Assembly: GCA_963842085.1 (NCBI GenBank)
Contig: CAWJET010000001.1
Coordinates: 1,792,001-1,856,000, forward strand
Length of the DNA: 64,000 nucleotides
From: an uncultured delta proteobacterium
Lineage (GTDB): Bacteria; Desulfobacterota; Binatia; Binatales; Binataceae
Direction of reading: 5' to 3'
The notes under the pieces are model-generated. The model was not told the origin of the DNA, made no database searches, and worked only from the letters and a program-made list of their open reading frames with translations. Shown here piece by piece: positions 51,407-60,675 of the stretch. The translations under genes and the position numbers were made by a program. The number at the start of each line of letters is the position of its first letter. Positions within the stretch are counted from its first letter, which is position 1.

Positions 51407-52630
51407 TCAGATTGCTCTGGCGATGAACAGCGCCTGGATTTCAGTTTTGGAAAGTCCGAGTTCCGCTTCAAAGATCTCGGCGGAGTGTTCAGATAATTTC
51501 GGCGCGGGCCGTTTTATCTCGATCGAGTAGTTCGAGAATTGTGCAAATCGCGCGGGCGCATCGATTTCGCGGCCTGCCTCGATGCTCACCCGCGAGAAGA
51601 GTCCGCGCTCGCGGTACTGCTCGTAGGCGGCAACGTCTTTCATGTTCATCACGGGCGACGCGAGCAGTCCAAGTCTGCGTGAGGCCTCCGCGATCTCGGC
51701 CTTGGTCTTCGACTGCGCCAGCGACTTGAGTCCGTCAACCAGCGCTTGCAGATCCGACGGTGAGGTCTTTCCCGCCGACAGGTCGCCGATGAACGAGGGC
51801 CAGCTTATCCCGGCGATTCGCCGAGCCATGCGCCCTTCTTCAGCCGCCCACGCCGCAAGCCGCTGTGTCATCTGCCCGAACACCGGGCCGAAGCCGATCG
51901 TGATCAAGGCGAACCCGTCCGCGCATTCGTACACGCTTGGCACTTGCACCCCGGCTATCGCCATCGCGCCTTGCGTCCGCTTGGCGTCGGGATTGCCCGA
52001 GCCGGGAACAAGAGCCTGTCCGAAGGCGCTCATCATCGCGGCGATCCTGGCCGATACTTCCGCGCGCTGTCCAAGTCCGTCGCGGTCGCGTGCGATGAGT
52101 CCTGCGAGCGTCGCGACCGCCGCGTCAGCGCCAGCTTCCATCATCGCCTGCGGCACCGGGAAAAACAGTGGCGGGCGATCGAGGTCTCCGGTCGTTGCCG
52201 ACGCGCCGCTCGCCGCCATCACGGTAATGTCGGTCGCCGCGTATTCGCTCTTCGGGCCGGTGCGGACGAACGGGGCAACCGTGCATCGGATCGTGCGCGG
52301 TGAAAATTCGATTGCGTCCAGCGGCGACTCTTTGCCCCCGCCGACCGCTTCGAGCACTACGTCGAACCTGGCAGCGAGGTCGCGCATCAGCGCCATTCCG
52401 TCGGGCGACGCGAGCTCAAGCGTGACTCCGCGCTTGTTGTAATTGAGCGCTTGCCAGACGAGGCTGCGCTCGATTCCCGGCGTGTCGTCCAAAAACGGGG
52501 CAGGCCGCCGCCCCGGAGATCCGGCAGGCGGCTCGACTACGATGACATCCGCACCGAGATCAGCAAGGATCCTTCCCGCCAGCATCGTCTCAGGCGCGGA
52601 GATTTCCAGGACGCGAACGTCATCGAGCAT
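51407..52630 (-). CDS. Family III CoA-transferase, partner subunit (BbsE-like)
   Basis: LDDVRVLE, LADLGADVIVVEPP.G, NYNKRGVTL, PAPKLSEH; no Asp at the catalytic position (PQAMMEAG). Confidence 0.85.
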   Translation of the reverse strand: MLDDVRVLEISAPETMLAGRILADLGADVIVVEPPAGSPGRRPAPFLDDTPGIERSLVWQALNYNKRGVTLELASPDGMALMRDLAARFDVVLEAVGGGKESPLDAIEFSPRTIRCTVAPFVRTGPKSEYAATDITVMAASGASATTGDLDRPPLFFPVPQAMMEAGADAAVATLAGLIARDRDGLGQRAEVSARIAAMMSAFGQALVPGSGNPDAKRTQGAMAIAGVQVPSVYECADGFALITIGFGPVFGQMTQRLAAWAAEEGRMARRIAGISWPSFIGDLSAGKTSPSDLQALVDGLKSLAQSKTKAEIAEASRRLGLLASPVMNMKDVAAYEQYRERGLFSRVSIEAGREIDAPARFAQFSNYSIEIKRPAPKLSEHSAEIFEAELGLSKTEIQALFIARAI

Positions 52631-52756
52631 GAGCGCGGCTCCCGCTCACAGTCGCGGCGCGATGCGTAATGCTCGTCATCGGGCCGAAACATACCCACTT
52701 GCCGGTCAGTATGCAAAATTGACGCGGGCGAAAGTTTAGTCCTATCGTCTCCCATC

Positions 52757-53179
52757 ATGCCCAACCGCACTGCCGCTCATCCCGAACTCTACTCAGCCGA
52801 GCCCGACGACAATCCGCCGCTGAACGGCGGCAAATGCCGCGCTTGCGGCTACGTCTTTTTCCCCCCGCAACGCTATGGATGCGAAGCCTGCGGTGCGCCG
52901 CCCGAAAAGCTCGAGGCAGTACAATTGGCCGGACGCGGCACGCTTCATTCATACGCAACCGTTCATCTCCATATGGGCAAGGACATCGAGGCTCCGTTTA
53001 CGATCGGCCTGATCGTCCTCGACGACGGCCCCGCCGTTCGATCGACGCTCACCGACCGCACGGACGCGGGCCTCGCCATCGGCGATCGCATGAAGAGCGT
53101 GCTGGTTGCGGCCGGTAACGATCAGGCGGGGGTCGAGATGGTCGAGCTACGCTTCGCCAGGGCAGAGGCAAGCAAATGA
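52757..53179 (+). CDS. DUF35/ChsH2-type Zn-ribbon + OB-fold protein
   Basis: CRACG..FFPP...CEACG, GRGTLHSY, PF.IG...LDDGP.V, IGDR. Confidence 0.9.
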   Translation: MPNRTAAHPELYSAEPDDNPPLNGGKCRACGYVFFPPQRYGCEACGAPPEKLEAVQLAGRGTLHSYATVHLHMGKDIEAPFTIGLIVLDDGPAVRSTLTDRTDAGLAIGDRMKSVLVAAGNDQAGVEMVELRFARAEASK

Positions 53180-54327
53180 AAAAGAAACTTCGCGACATGC
53201 GTCCGATCTATGTGGTCGGCATCGGCCTCCATCGATACCAGCGCCTCAGCGAGACCACATACGTGACGCTCGGCCTTACTGCGGTGCGGGAGGCGCTAGC
53301 GGATGCTGTCCTTGAATGGCGAGCGGTCGAGTCGGCTTACACCGGCACGGCGCTGATCGGGATGGCGGCGTCGCGGCCAATGCTGCGCCATCTCGGCGCG
53401 ACTGGAATTCCGATGGCCCAGGTTGAGAACGCGTCGGCTTCGGGCTCGACCGCGTTTCGCCAGGCGTGCATCGATGTCGCCAGCGGCTTGACCGATGTTT
53501 CACTCGCGGTGGGAGTGGACAAGCCGGGCCCGGTCGCGATGGCGCCCGGCAAGACCCGTATGCGCGACCTGCTCGGCTCTCGGGTGGTGCCTTTCACCCA
53601 TTTCGCCCTGCTCACGCAGGAGTACATGACTCGCTACGGTGTGAGCGCGGAACAGGTAGCGCAGGTCGCGGTCAAGAACAACCGCAACGGCGCCAACAAT
53701 CCGTACGCGCAGCGCCAAAAGGCAGTAACACTGGCAGAAGTGATGGCTGGGCCGGCAATTTCGGGGTCGCTGACGCGCCTTCAATGCTGCCCCGTCGGCG
53801 AAGGCGCAGCCGCAGTGATCGTCGCCTCCGACGATGCGATCGCGCAACTCCGGATCGATCGCAGCCGCGTCGTCAGAGTCGTCGCGTCGGTGACGAGAAC
53901 CGAGCGGGTGTACCGCGGAGCGAAGAATTTTGACGCGGAGCTGACGCGCGAAACGGTCCAGCAGGCGTTCGACGAAGCCGGCATAGGACCGGGCGACCTG
54001 GATCTGATCGAACTCCATGATGCGTTCACGATTGAAGAGCTGCTGTACGTGGAGGCAATGGGGCTGTGCGCGGCGGGCAAGGCCGCGGGCGCGATCGCGG
54101 CAGGCGAGTTCGACATCGGCGGCCGCTGCGCGGTAAGCGCGTCAGGCGGACTGCTCGCGATGGGCCATCCGATCGGACCGACCGGCGCCGGGCAGATCGC
54201 CGAACTCACGCGCCAGTTGCGCGGCGAAGCGGGCGTGCGGCAACAGCCGAACGCGAGGACAGGACTGGCTCACATGGTGGGCGTCGGCGCCGTTTGCGTC
54301 GCTCATGTTCTCCAGAAGGGCGCGTGA
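53176..54327 (+). CDS. SCP2-type thiolase-family protein with the nucleophile Cys replaced by Ser
   Basis: VENASASGSTA (canonical VENACAS), VKN..NG..NP.A, IELHDAF, SGGLLAMGHPIGPTG; ATGA-coupled to DUF35. Confidence 0.9.
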   Translation: MKKKLRDMRPIYVVGIGLHRYQRLSETTYVTLGLTAVREALADAVLEWRAVESAYTGTALIGMAASRPMLRHLGATGIPMAQVENASASGSTAFRQACIDVASGLTDVSLAVGVDKPGPVAMAPGKTRMRDLLGSRVVPFTHFALLTQEYMTRYGVSAEQVAQVAVKNNRNGANNPYAQRQKAVTLAEVMAGPAISGSLTRLQCCPVGEGAAAVIVASDDAIAQLRIDRSRVVRVVASVTRTERVYRGAKNFDAELTRETVQQAFDEAGIGPGDLDLIELHDAFTIEELLYVEAMGLCAAGKAAGAIAAGEFDIGGRCAVSASGGLLAMGHPIGPTGAGQIAELTRQLRGEAGVRQQPNARTGLAHMVGVGAVCVAHVLQKGA

Positions 54328-54374
54328 ACGATGCGGTCGAATCGCAGTCCGGAGAAAATCGCGGGCGCTCGCGG

Positions 54375-55613
54375 TCAGTTGCCGAAGTCCCAGCTCTCCC
54401 CATTGTGATAGCGCGCAAGCACGTTCTTCGCGACCAAAATCCTGTGGACCTCGTCCGGGCCGTCCGCTAGCCGCAGCGTCCGTGCGCCCTGGTACATGCC
54501 CGCGAGCGGCAGGTCGCCCGAGACGCCTGCTGCGCCCCACACCTGGATCGCGCGGTCCACCACCCGCTCGTAGGCGGCGGGGACGAAGATCTTGATAGCC
54601 GAGATGTCCGTGCGCGGGTCGGAGCCGCTGTCCATGCGCTCGGCGCAGTGGATGGTCATCAAGCGCGCCGCCTGGATGTCGATGTATGAGTCGGCGATGA
54701 ACCCTTGAATGAACTGCTTGGTCTCGAGCTTGCCGCCGTGCACCTCGCGCATCGTGGCGCGCTCGACCATCAAGTCGAAGGCCCGCCACATCTGCCCGAC
54801 CGAGTTCATGCAGTGATAGACGCGCCCCGCGCCGAGACGATCCTGTGCGGCCTGATGGCCCGAGCCCGCCTGGCCAAGCTGGTTAGTGAGCGGCACGCGC
54901 ACGTCGTCGTAGACGATCTCGCAGTGGTCGCTCGGCCGGCCCCAGATCTCGACGCCGCGCACGATGCGCAGGCCCGGAGTCTCCTTGGGCACGATTATCT
55001 GGGTCATGCGGCCGTTGTCGTGGCCGCTCCCTTCCGTGCGGCACATGACGATCAGGAAGTCGGCGCGAAAGCCGTTTGAGGTGAACCATTTGTGTCCGTT
55101 GATCACCCACTGGTCGCCCTCGCGGCGCGCCGTGGTCTTGATCGACCGCGGATCGGAGCCGGCCGAGTCGGGCTCAGTCATCGAGAAGCCTGACTCCATC
55201 TTGCCCTCGGTGAGCGGCACCAGCCACTTGCGCTTCTGCTCCTCGGTGCCGTACTTCAGCAGGATCTGTTGGTTGCCCGAGTTGGGCGCGACCACGCCGA
55301 ACAACGCCGCCGCTCCCATACTGTAGGCCAGCACCTCGTTCATGTACGCATGCTCGAGGAAGCCCAGCCCGGCGCCACCGTACTCGGGCGGCAGATGTGG
55401 CGCCCAGAGGCCCGCCTGCTTCACCTTCGCCTTAATCGATTCTCGCAGCTCCCGAGAGCTGCGCCGCTCCTCGTCGGTCGAGCCGTCGCGCCATCCCGCC
55501 CAGAGCTTGCGCTCGTTGGGCAGGATGTCGTGGTTTACGATCCGCGCCGTGAGCGCGCGGATCTCGTTGATGCGGGGTTCGAGCGTCGGGATGGGTTTCA
55601 CATTCATTTGCAT
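54375..55613 (-). CDS. Acyl-CoA dehydrogenase (FadE2/ACAD11-like)
   Basis: APNSGN, FSMTEPD.AGSDP, INGHKWFTSN, AQDRLG.GR..HCM, RTLRLADGPDEVH. Confidence 0.93.
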   Translation of the reverse strand: MQMNVKPIPTLEPRINEIRALTARIVNHDILPNERKLWAGWRDGSTDEERRSSRELRESIKAKVKQAGLWAPHLPPEYGGAGLGFLEHAYMNEVLAYSMGAAALFGVVAPNSGNQQILLKYGTEEQKRKWLVPLTEGKMESGFSMTEPDSAGSDPRSIKTTARREGDQWVINGHKWFTSNGFRADFLIVMCRTEGSGHDNGRMTQIIVPKETPGLRIVRGVEIWGRPSDHCEIVYDDVRVPLTNQLGQAGSGHQAAQDRLGAGRVYHCMNSVGQMWRAFDLMVERATMREVHGGKLETKQFIQGFIADSYIDIQAARLMTIHCAERMDSGSDPRTDISAIKIFVPAAYERVVDRAIQVWGAAGVSGDLPLAGMYQGARTLRLADGPDEVHRILVAKNVLARYHNGESWDFGN

Positions 55614-55871
55614 GGTGGTGTCCTCTTTGGGCTCAAGCGTAGCATTGCGCGACCGCGGCTAAAACTTGTGCCGCTCGCTCCGGGATCAAAGCCACGCTGC
55701 ACAAAGCCTTGTTCACTAAGTAGTGTCCTAGTTTGAACGCTGCCAAAAATCCAGCGAGCCGGAAGCTTTCTCCTGTTCGTGCGACCCGACGATCGGAACG
55801 TAGCGATGGTCATGTGGGCGGGCTTCCTGCTAGAACCGCATCATCACGAGCCCGACTCGAGGAGGCGCCCA

Positions 55872-57314
55872 ATGGCCAAGTACGAACGGCTAAGTCCCCT
55901 GGACCGGACGTTCCTCGACCTCGAATATCCCCAAACGCACATGCACGTTGCGGGCGTTACGGTCTTCGAGGCCGGTCCGCTTAGGACTGCTGACGGCGGC
56001 ATCGATATCGATAAGATCCGGCAATACATTGTGTCGCGATTGCATCTCATCCCGCGTTATCGACAGCGGATCGCGCGAATACCGCTCGAGAATCATCCGG
56101 TGTGGGTGGACGACGAGCGCTTCAACCTTGAATATCACGTGCGCCACACTGCACTGCCGCATCCCGGCGGCGACGAGCAGCTCAAGCGGTTGACGGGCAG
56201 GATCGTCTCGCAGCAACTCGATCGCGGCAAACCGCTGTGGGAGTTGTGGATCGTCGAGGGACTCGACGGCGATCGCTTCGCGATGATCAGCAAGACCCAT
56301 CACTGCATGATCGACGGAGTGTCCGCCATCGATCTCGCGTCCGTGCTGCTGAGTCCGTCGCCTGACGCGACGATTCCAGAACCGCAGCCGTGGAAGCCGG
56401 AATCCGCGCCCTCGCGCGGAGAACTGGTGATGGAAGAAGCCTGGCGGCGACTGGCGAGCCCGCTGGAATTCGGCAAAGCGGTCCTGGGCGCTGTGCAAAA
56501 TCCGGCCGAGACAGCGCAGAGCATGAGCGAACAGATTTCCGCGGTAGCCGAAACGCTCGGCGCGGGGCTGTTTCCAGCTTCGGAGTCGCCGTTCAACAAG
56601 CCCATCGGGCCGCATCGGCGATTCGAATGGACGGCGATCGAGCTGGCGGACGTCAAGCGGGTGAAGAACGCTTTGGGCGGGACGGTGAACGATGTCGTGC
56701 TGTCCACGGTGGCAGGCGCGGTTGGATCGTTTCTGAGCGGCCGAGGATACCCTCCCGAAAACATTGCGGCACTCGATTTCCGCGCGATGGTTCCGGTGAG
56801 CCTGCGCACCTCGTCGGAGCATGGCACGCTGGGAAATCGAATCGCGTCATGGGCGGCGCGCCTTCCCATCGCGGAGACCGATCCGCGCCGGCGCCTGCAG
56901 GCGGTCCGCGCGGTCACGGCCGATCTCAAACAGTCGCGGCAGGCGATGGGAGCAGAGGTGCTTGCGCGGGTCAGCGAGTGGACGGTGCCCACGCTGTTGT
57001 CGCTCGCGATGCGTCTGGCGGCGCGTGCGCGCTCGTTCAATTTGACTGTCACCAACGTGCCGGGGCCCCAGATTCCGCTCTATATGATCGGTTCGCGGAT
57101 GTTGGCCGCATATCCGCTGGGGCCGCTGTTCTTGGATCAAGCACTCAACATCGCGCTGCTCAGCTACGACGGCCGGTTGCATTGGGGATTGAATGCGGAC
57201 TGGGATGTGCTGCCTGACCTTGGCGATCTCGTTACGGCAATTCGTGCATCATTCGACGAGTTACTCCAGGTGACTGCGACGGCGGATGCTCAAGCGCGCA
57301 CGCGTCCGGGATGA
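55872..57314 (+). CDS. Wax ester synthase/diacylglycerol acyltransferase (WS/DGAT)
   Basis: ERLSPLD..FL, LDRGKPLWE, HHCMIDG, TVNDVVL, LGNR, TNVPGPQ.PLY; GGAGG RBS. Confidence 0.94.
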   Translation: MAKYERLSPLDRTFLDLEYPQTHMHVAGVTVFEAGPLRTADGGIDIDKIRQYIVSRLHLIPRYRQRIARIPLENHPVWVDDERFNLEYHVRHTALPHPGGDEQLKRLTGRIVSQQLDRGKPLWELWIVEGLDGDRFAMISKTHHCMIDGVSAIDLASVLLSPSPDATIPEPQPWKPESAPSRGELVMEEAWRRLASPLEFGKAVLGAVQNPAETAQSMSEQISAVAETLGAGLFPASESPFNKPIGPHRRFEWTAIELADVKRVKNALGGTVNDVVLSTVAGAVGSFLSGRGYPPENIAALDFRAMVPVSLRTSSEHGTLGNRIASWAARLPIAETDPRRRLQAVRAVTADLKQSRQAMGAEVLARVSEWTVPTLLSLAMRLAARARSFNLTVTNVPGPQIPLYMIGSRMLAAYPLGPLFLDQALNIALLSYDGRLHWGLNADWDVLPDLGDLVTAIRASFDELLQVTATADAQARTRPG

Positions 57315-57372
57315 CCCACAGGTGTCCAGCGAAGAGGATTCGGGTCCAGCCGAGAAGTCGGGGGAGACAACG

Positions 57373-59274
57373 ATGAAGGACGCAACCGACGCGACGCGTG
57401 CCGCAAACCGCGCAGCGCTGGCGCAGGCGCCGCTTGCGGATCGGCAGTCGTTCGAAGATGCGCGGCGCGGCTTTATCGAGGCGCTGGGCGACAAGCTGAT
57501 CACGCGCACCGACGGCCGTCTGGTGTGGACGCTCCAAGGCTACGAGTTTCTCGAAAACGAGCAGGCGCCGGACAGCGTCCATCCGGGGCTGTGGCGGCAT
57601 GCCCGAGTCAACACGGCCAACGGCCTGTACCGGGTGGCGGATCGTGTCTATCAGCTTCGCGGCTTCGACGTATCCAATATGACAATAATCGAGGGCGACA
57701 GCGGTCTCATCGTGATCGACCCGTTGATCTCAACCGAGGTCGCCAAAGCCGCGATGGACCTGTATCTGAAGCATCGGCCCAAAAGGCCGGTGGCCGCGGT
57801 GATTTATTCTCACAGCCACGTCGATCACTTTGGCGGAGTCCGCGGGGTCGTCAGCGCCGACGACGTTGCGGCCGGAAGGGTGACGATCTGGGCGCCGGCG
57901 GGCTTCATGGCGGCCGCGGTCGGCGAAAACGTGATCGCTGGGAATGCGATGCTGCGCCGCGCCCTGTTCCAGTTCGGTGCGATGCTGCCGCGCGGCGAAC
58001 GGGGCCAGGTCGATACCGGACTGGGCAAAAGCGTCTCGCTGGGCACGGTCACACTGATTCCGCCGACCAATCTGATCGAAAAGCCGGTCGAAACGCATCG
58101 GATTGACGGCGTCGAGATCATCTTCGAGCTGACGCCCGACGCCGAGGCGCCGGCCGAACTGATCATGTACTACCCGGATTTCCGCGTCCTCAACATGACG
58201 GAAATTACCACCCAGAATTTTCACAACCTGCTGCCGATGCGCGGGGCGCTGGTGCGCGACTCGCTGGCATGGTCGAAGTACATCGGCGGCGCGCTGCACC
58301 GTTACGGCGCATCGAGCGACATCCTGATAGCGCAACACAACTGGCCCGTTTGGAGCGGCGAGCGCGTGCGCGCCTTTTTAAGCAAGCAGCGCGATGCCTA
58401 CAAGTTCGTGCACGATCAGACCGTGCGCCTGATGAACTACGGCTACGTCGGCGCTGAGATCGCCGAGATGGTCAAGCTGCCGGCGAGTCTCGACCAGGAA
58501 TGGTCGGCGCATTCCTTTTACGGCAGCCTAAAACACAACGTCAGGGCAATCTATCAGCGCTACCTGGGCCACTACGACGGCAACCCCGCGAACTTGGACG
58601 CTCTGCCGCCGGTCGAGGCCGCGAAAAAGAGCGTCGAGTACATGGGTGGCGCCGAGGCAGTGCTGAAGAGGGCGCGCGAGGATTATGCGCGCGCGGAGTA
58701 CCGCTGGGTCGCGCAAGTGGCCTCGCAACTCGTGTTCGCCGATCCCGCCAATCGCGACGCGCGGGAGCTTGCCGCCGACGCGCTCGAGCAGTTGGGCTAC
58801 CAGGCCGAATCGGCGACCGCGCGAAACGCGTATCTGCAGGGAGCATTTGAGCTGCGCAACGGCGTGCCTAATCTCCCGGCCGGATCCGGCGCGGCGCCAG
58901 ACATAATCCGGTCGCTGCCGCTCGACATGTACTTCGACTTCATGGCGGTGCGGCTCAACGGCGACAAGGCCGCCGGCAAGACTATCGTGCTCAACTGGCG
59001 GTTCACCGACACGAAGCAGAACTACGTGCTCAATCTCGAGAACAGCGCATTAACCTGCGTACCCGACATGCAAGCGGACCACGCCGACGCGACGCTGACC
59101 TTGACGCGGGCGACGCTGGACGAGATCTCGCTGCAAAAGAGCACCTTTCCAGCGGCTTTGCAGTCCGGGCAGATCGCGGTCACGGGCAAGCGTGAAAGTC
59201 TCATCGAGTTGCTGGAGATGATCGACACGTTCCCGATACGGTTCCCGGTCGTCGAGCCACGCCCGACGCGCTGA
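57373..59274 (+). CDS. Alkyl/aryl sulfatase (SdsA1/BDS1-type, MBL fold + dimerization + SCP2 domains)
   Basis: YQLRGFDVSNMT, HSHVDHFGG, EAPAE, HNL...RGA.VRD, QHNWP, YDGNPANL, LEQLGYQAE...RN.YL; no signal peptide. Confidence 0.92.
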   Translation: MKDATDATRAANRAALAQAPLADRQSFEDARRGFIEALGDKLITRTDGRLVWTLQGYEFLENEQAPDSVHPGLWRHARVNTANGLYRVADRVYQLRGFDVSNMTIIEGDSGLIVIDPLISTEVAKAAMDLYLKHRPKRPVAAVIYSHSHVDHFGGVRGVVSADDVAAGRVTIWAPAGFMAAAVGENVIAGNAMLRRALFQFGAMLPRGERGQVDTGLGKSVSLGTVTLIPPTNLIEKPVETHRIDGVEIIFELTPDAEAPAELIMYYPDFRVLNMTEITTQNFHNLLPMRGALVRDSLAWSKYIGGALHRYGASSDILIAQHNWPVWSGERVRAFLSKQRDAYKFVHDQTVRLMNYGYVGAEIAEMVKLPASLDQEWSAHSFYGSLKHNVRAIYQRYLGHYDGNPANLDALPPVEAAKKSVEYMGGAEAVLKRAREDYARAEYRWVAQVASQLVFADPANRDARELAADALEQLGYQAESATARNAYLQGAFELRNGVPNLPAGSGAAPDIIRSLPLDMYFDFMAVRLNGDKAAGKTIVLNWRFTDTKQNYVLNLENSALTCVPDMQADHADATLTLTRATLDEISLQKSTFPAALQSGQIAVTGKRESLIELLEMIDTFPIRFPVVEPRPTR

Positions 59275-59277
59275 ATT

Positions 59278-60153
59278 ATGCGCCGCACTTTCACTGTTCT
59301 CTTGATGTTCATTGCGCTGGCTCTCGCACGCCCCGCCGGCGCGCAAGAGGCGTGGTTGCGTCTGCCGCCGACACCGGTCCTACCCAAACCTGAGACCAGC
59401 GGCATCGCGCCCGTCAACGGCATCCGCTTGTGGTACGCGGAGTTTGGCCACGGTGCGCCGGTCATCCTGGTCCATGGCGGCCTGGCCAGTTCAACTTATT
59501 GGGGATTGCAGGTGCCGGTCCTCGCCGCGCACTACCGTGTGATTGTTCTGGATAGTCGCGGCCACGGACGCAGCACAGAAACCGACACGCCAATCGGTTA
59601 TGATCTGATGTCGTCAGACGTCCTGGGGTTGATGGACTACCTGCATATCGGCAAGGCTGCCCTGATCGGATGGAGTGACGGAGCGATTGTCGGCCTCGAT
59701 ATCGCGATCCACCATCCGGACCGCCTGACGCAGCTGTTCGCATTTGCCGCCAATTCCGATCCATCGGGAGTGAAGGATGTGAGCAAGAGCCCCGTCTTCG
59801 CTGCCTATATCCAGCGCGCAGCGAAGGAGTATACGCAACTCTCGCCGACCCCGACGCGGTTCAACGCCTTTGTCACGAACGTCGAGCACATGTGGGCGAC
59901 CGAGCCGCACTTTACCGACGATCAACTGAGCCATATCAAGGTGCCGACGTGGATCGTCGATGGGGACCACGATGAGGCGATCAAACGCGAGAACACCGAT
60001 CACATGGCAGCACTAATTCCCGATTGTGGCGAGCTAATCCTCCCCGGAGTGAGTCATTTCGCGTTCCTGCAGGATCCAGTGATGTTCAATGAGTCGCTGC
60101 TGCACTTCCTCTCGGTCGAAGACGGCGCTCATTCCGCGCCACGTGTGGAGTGA
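59278..60153 (+). CDS. Secreted alpha/beta hydrolase
   Basis: Signal peptide; HGG, DSRGHGRS, GWSDG nucleophile, GDHDE, SHFA. Confidence 0.9.
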   Translation: MRRTFTVLLMFIALALARPAGAQEAWLRLPPTPVLPKPETSGIAPVNGIRLWYAEFGHGAPVILVHGGLASSTYWGLQVPVLAAHYRVIVLDSRGHGRSTETDTPIGYDLMSSDVLGLMDYLHIGKAALIGWSDGAIVGLDIAIHHPDRLTQLFAFAANSDPSGVKDVSKSPVFAAYIQRAAKEYTQLSPTPTRFNAFVTNVEHMWATEPHFTDDQLSHIKVPTWIVDGDHDEAIKRENTDHMAALIPDCGELILPGVSHFAFLQDPVMFNESLLHFLSVEDGAHSAPRVE

Positions 60154-60180
60154 CATTGAACTGAGGGAGACACGAATAGG

Positions 60181-60639
60181 ATGTTTTGGCTGGTAACAGC
60201 CGACCTCGTAGCGGTGATTCACGCGGCTTACGTCGCGTTCGTGGTCATCGGATTCGTCGCGATTGTGGTTGGCTGGGCAGCCCACTGGGATTGGGTCCGA
60301 AACCTCTACTTTCGCGTTGCCCACCTCGCGATGATTCTGCTCGTGTGCTGCGAGGCGCTCATGGACACAACCTGCCCACTCACTGCGTGGGAGAATGCGC
60401 TCCGCTTACGCGGAGGCGAATCCGGCTACTCGCGCGACTTCATCGGCTATTGGCTCGACTGGCTGATCTTCTATAGGGCTCCCGATTGGGTGTTCACAGC
60501 CGTCTATCTAACCTTCGGCGGCCTGGTGCTTCTGGCGTTTTGGTTCGTGCCGGTGCACTCGCGCACTGCGAACCGCTCCGGCGCGTCGAACCTCGTTCGA
60601 CGAGATTCAGACGCCGCCAGGAAGGCCGGAGGTCACTGA
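60181..60639 (+). CDS. DUF2784 family membrane protein
   Basis: AD.V...H.AYV.FVV.G, HL, CPLT.WEN.LR...G..GY...FI..W. Confidence 0.85.
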   Translation: MFWLVTADLVAVIHAAYVAFVVIGFVAIVVGWAAHWDWVRNLYFRVAHLAMILLVCCEALMDTTCPLTAWENALRLRGGESGYSRDFIGYWLDWLIFYRAPDWVFTAVYLTFGGLVLLAFWFVPVHSRTANRSGASNLVRRDSDAARKAGGH

Positions 60640-60675
60640 CTCATCACACGCCCTACTGTTTCGATTGAGCTCTTT

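Noticed and set aside
51400-51412. Possible frameshifted single fused CoA-transferase
   Set aside because: Both halves are full length, with a proper stop and an ATG one base apart (TGA-G-ATG), consistent with two coupled genes.
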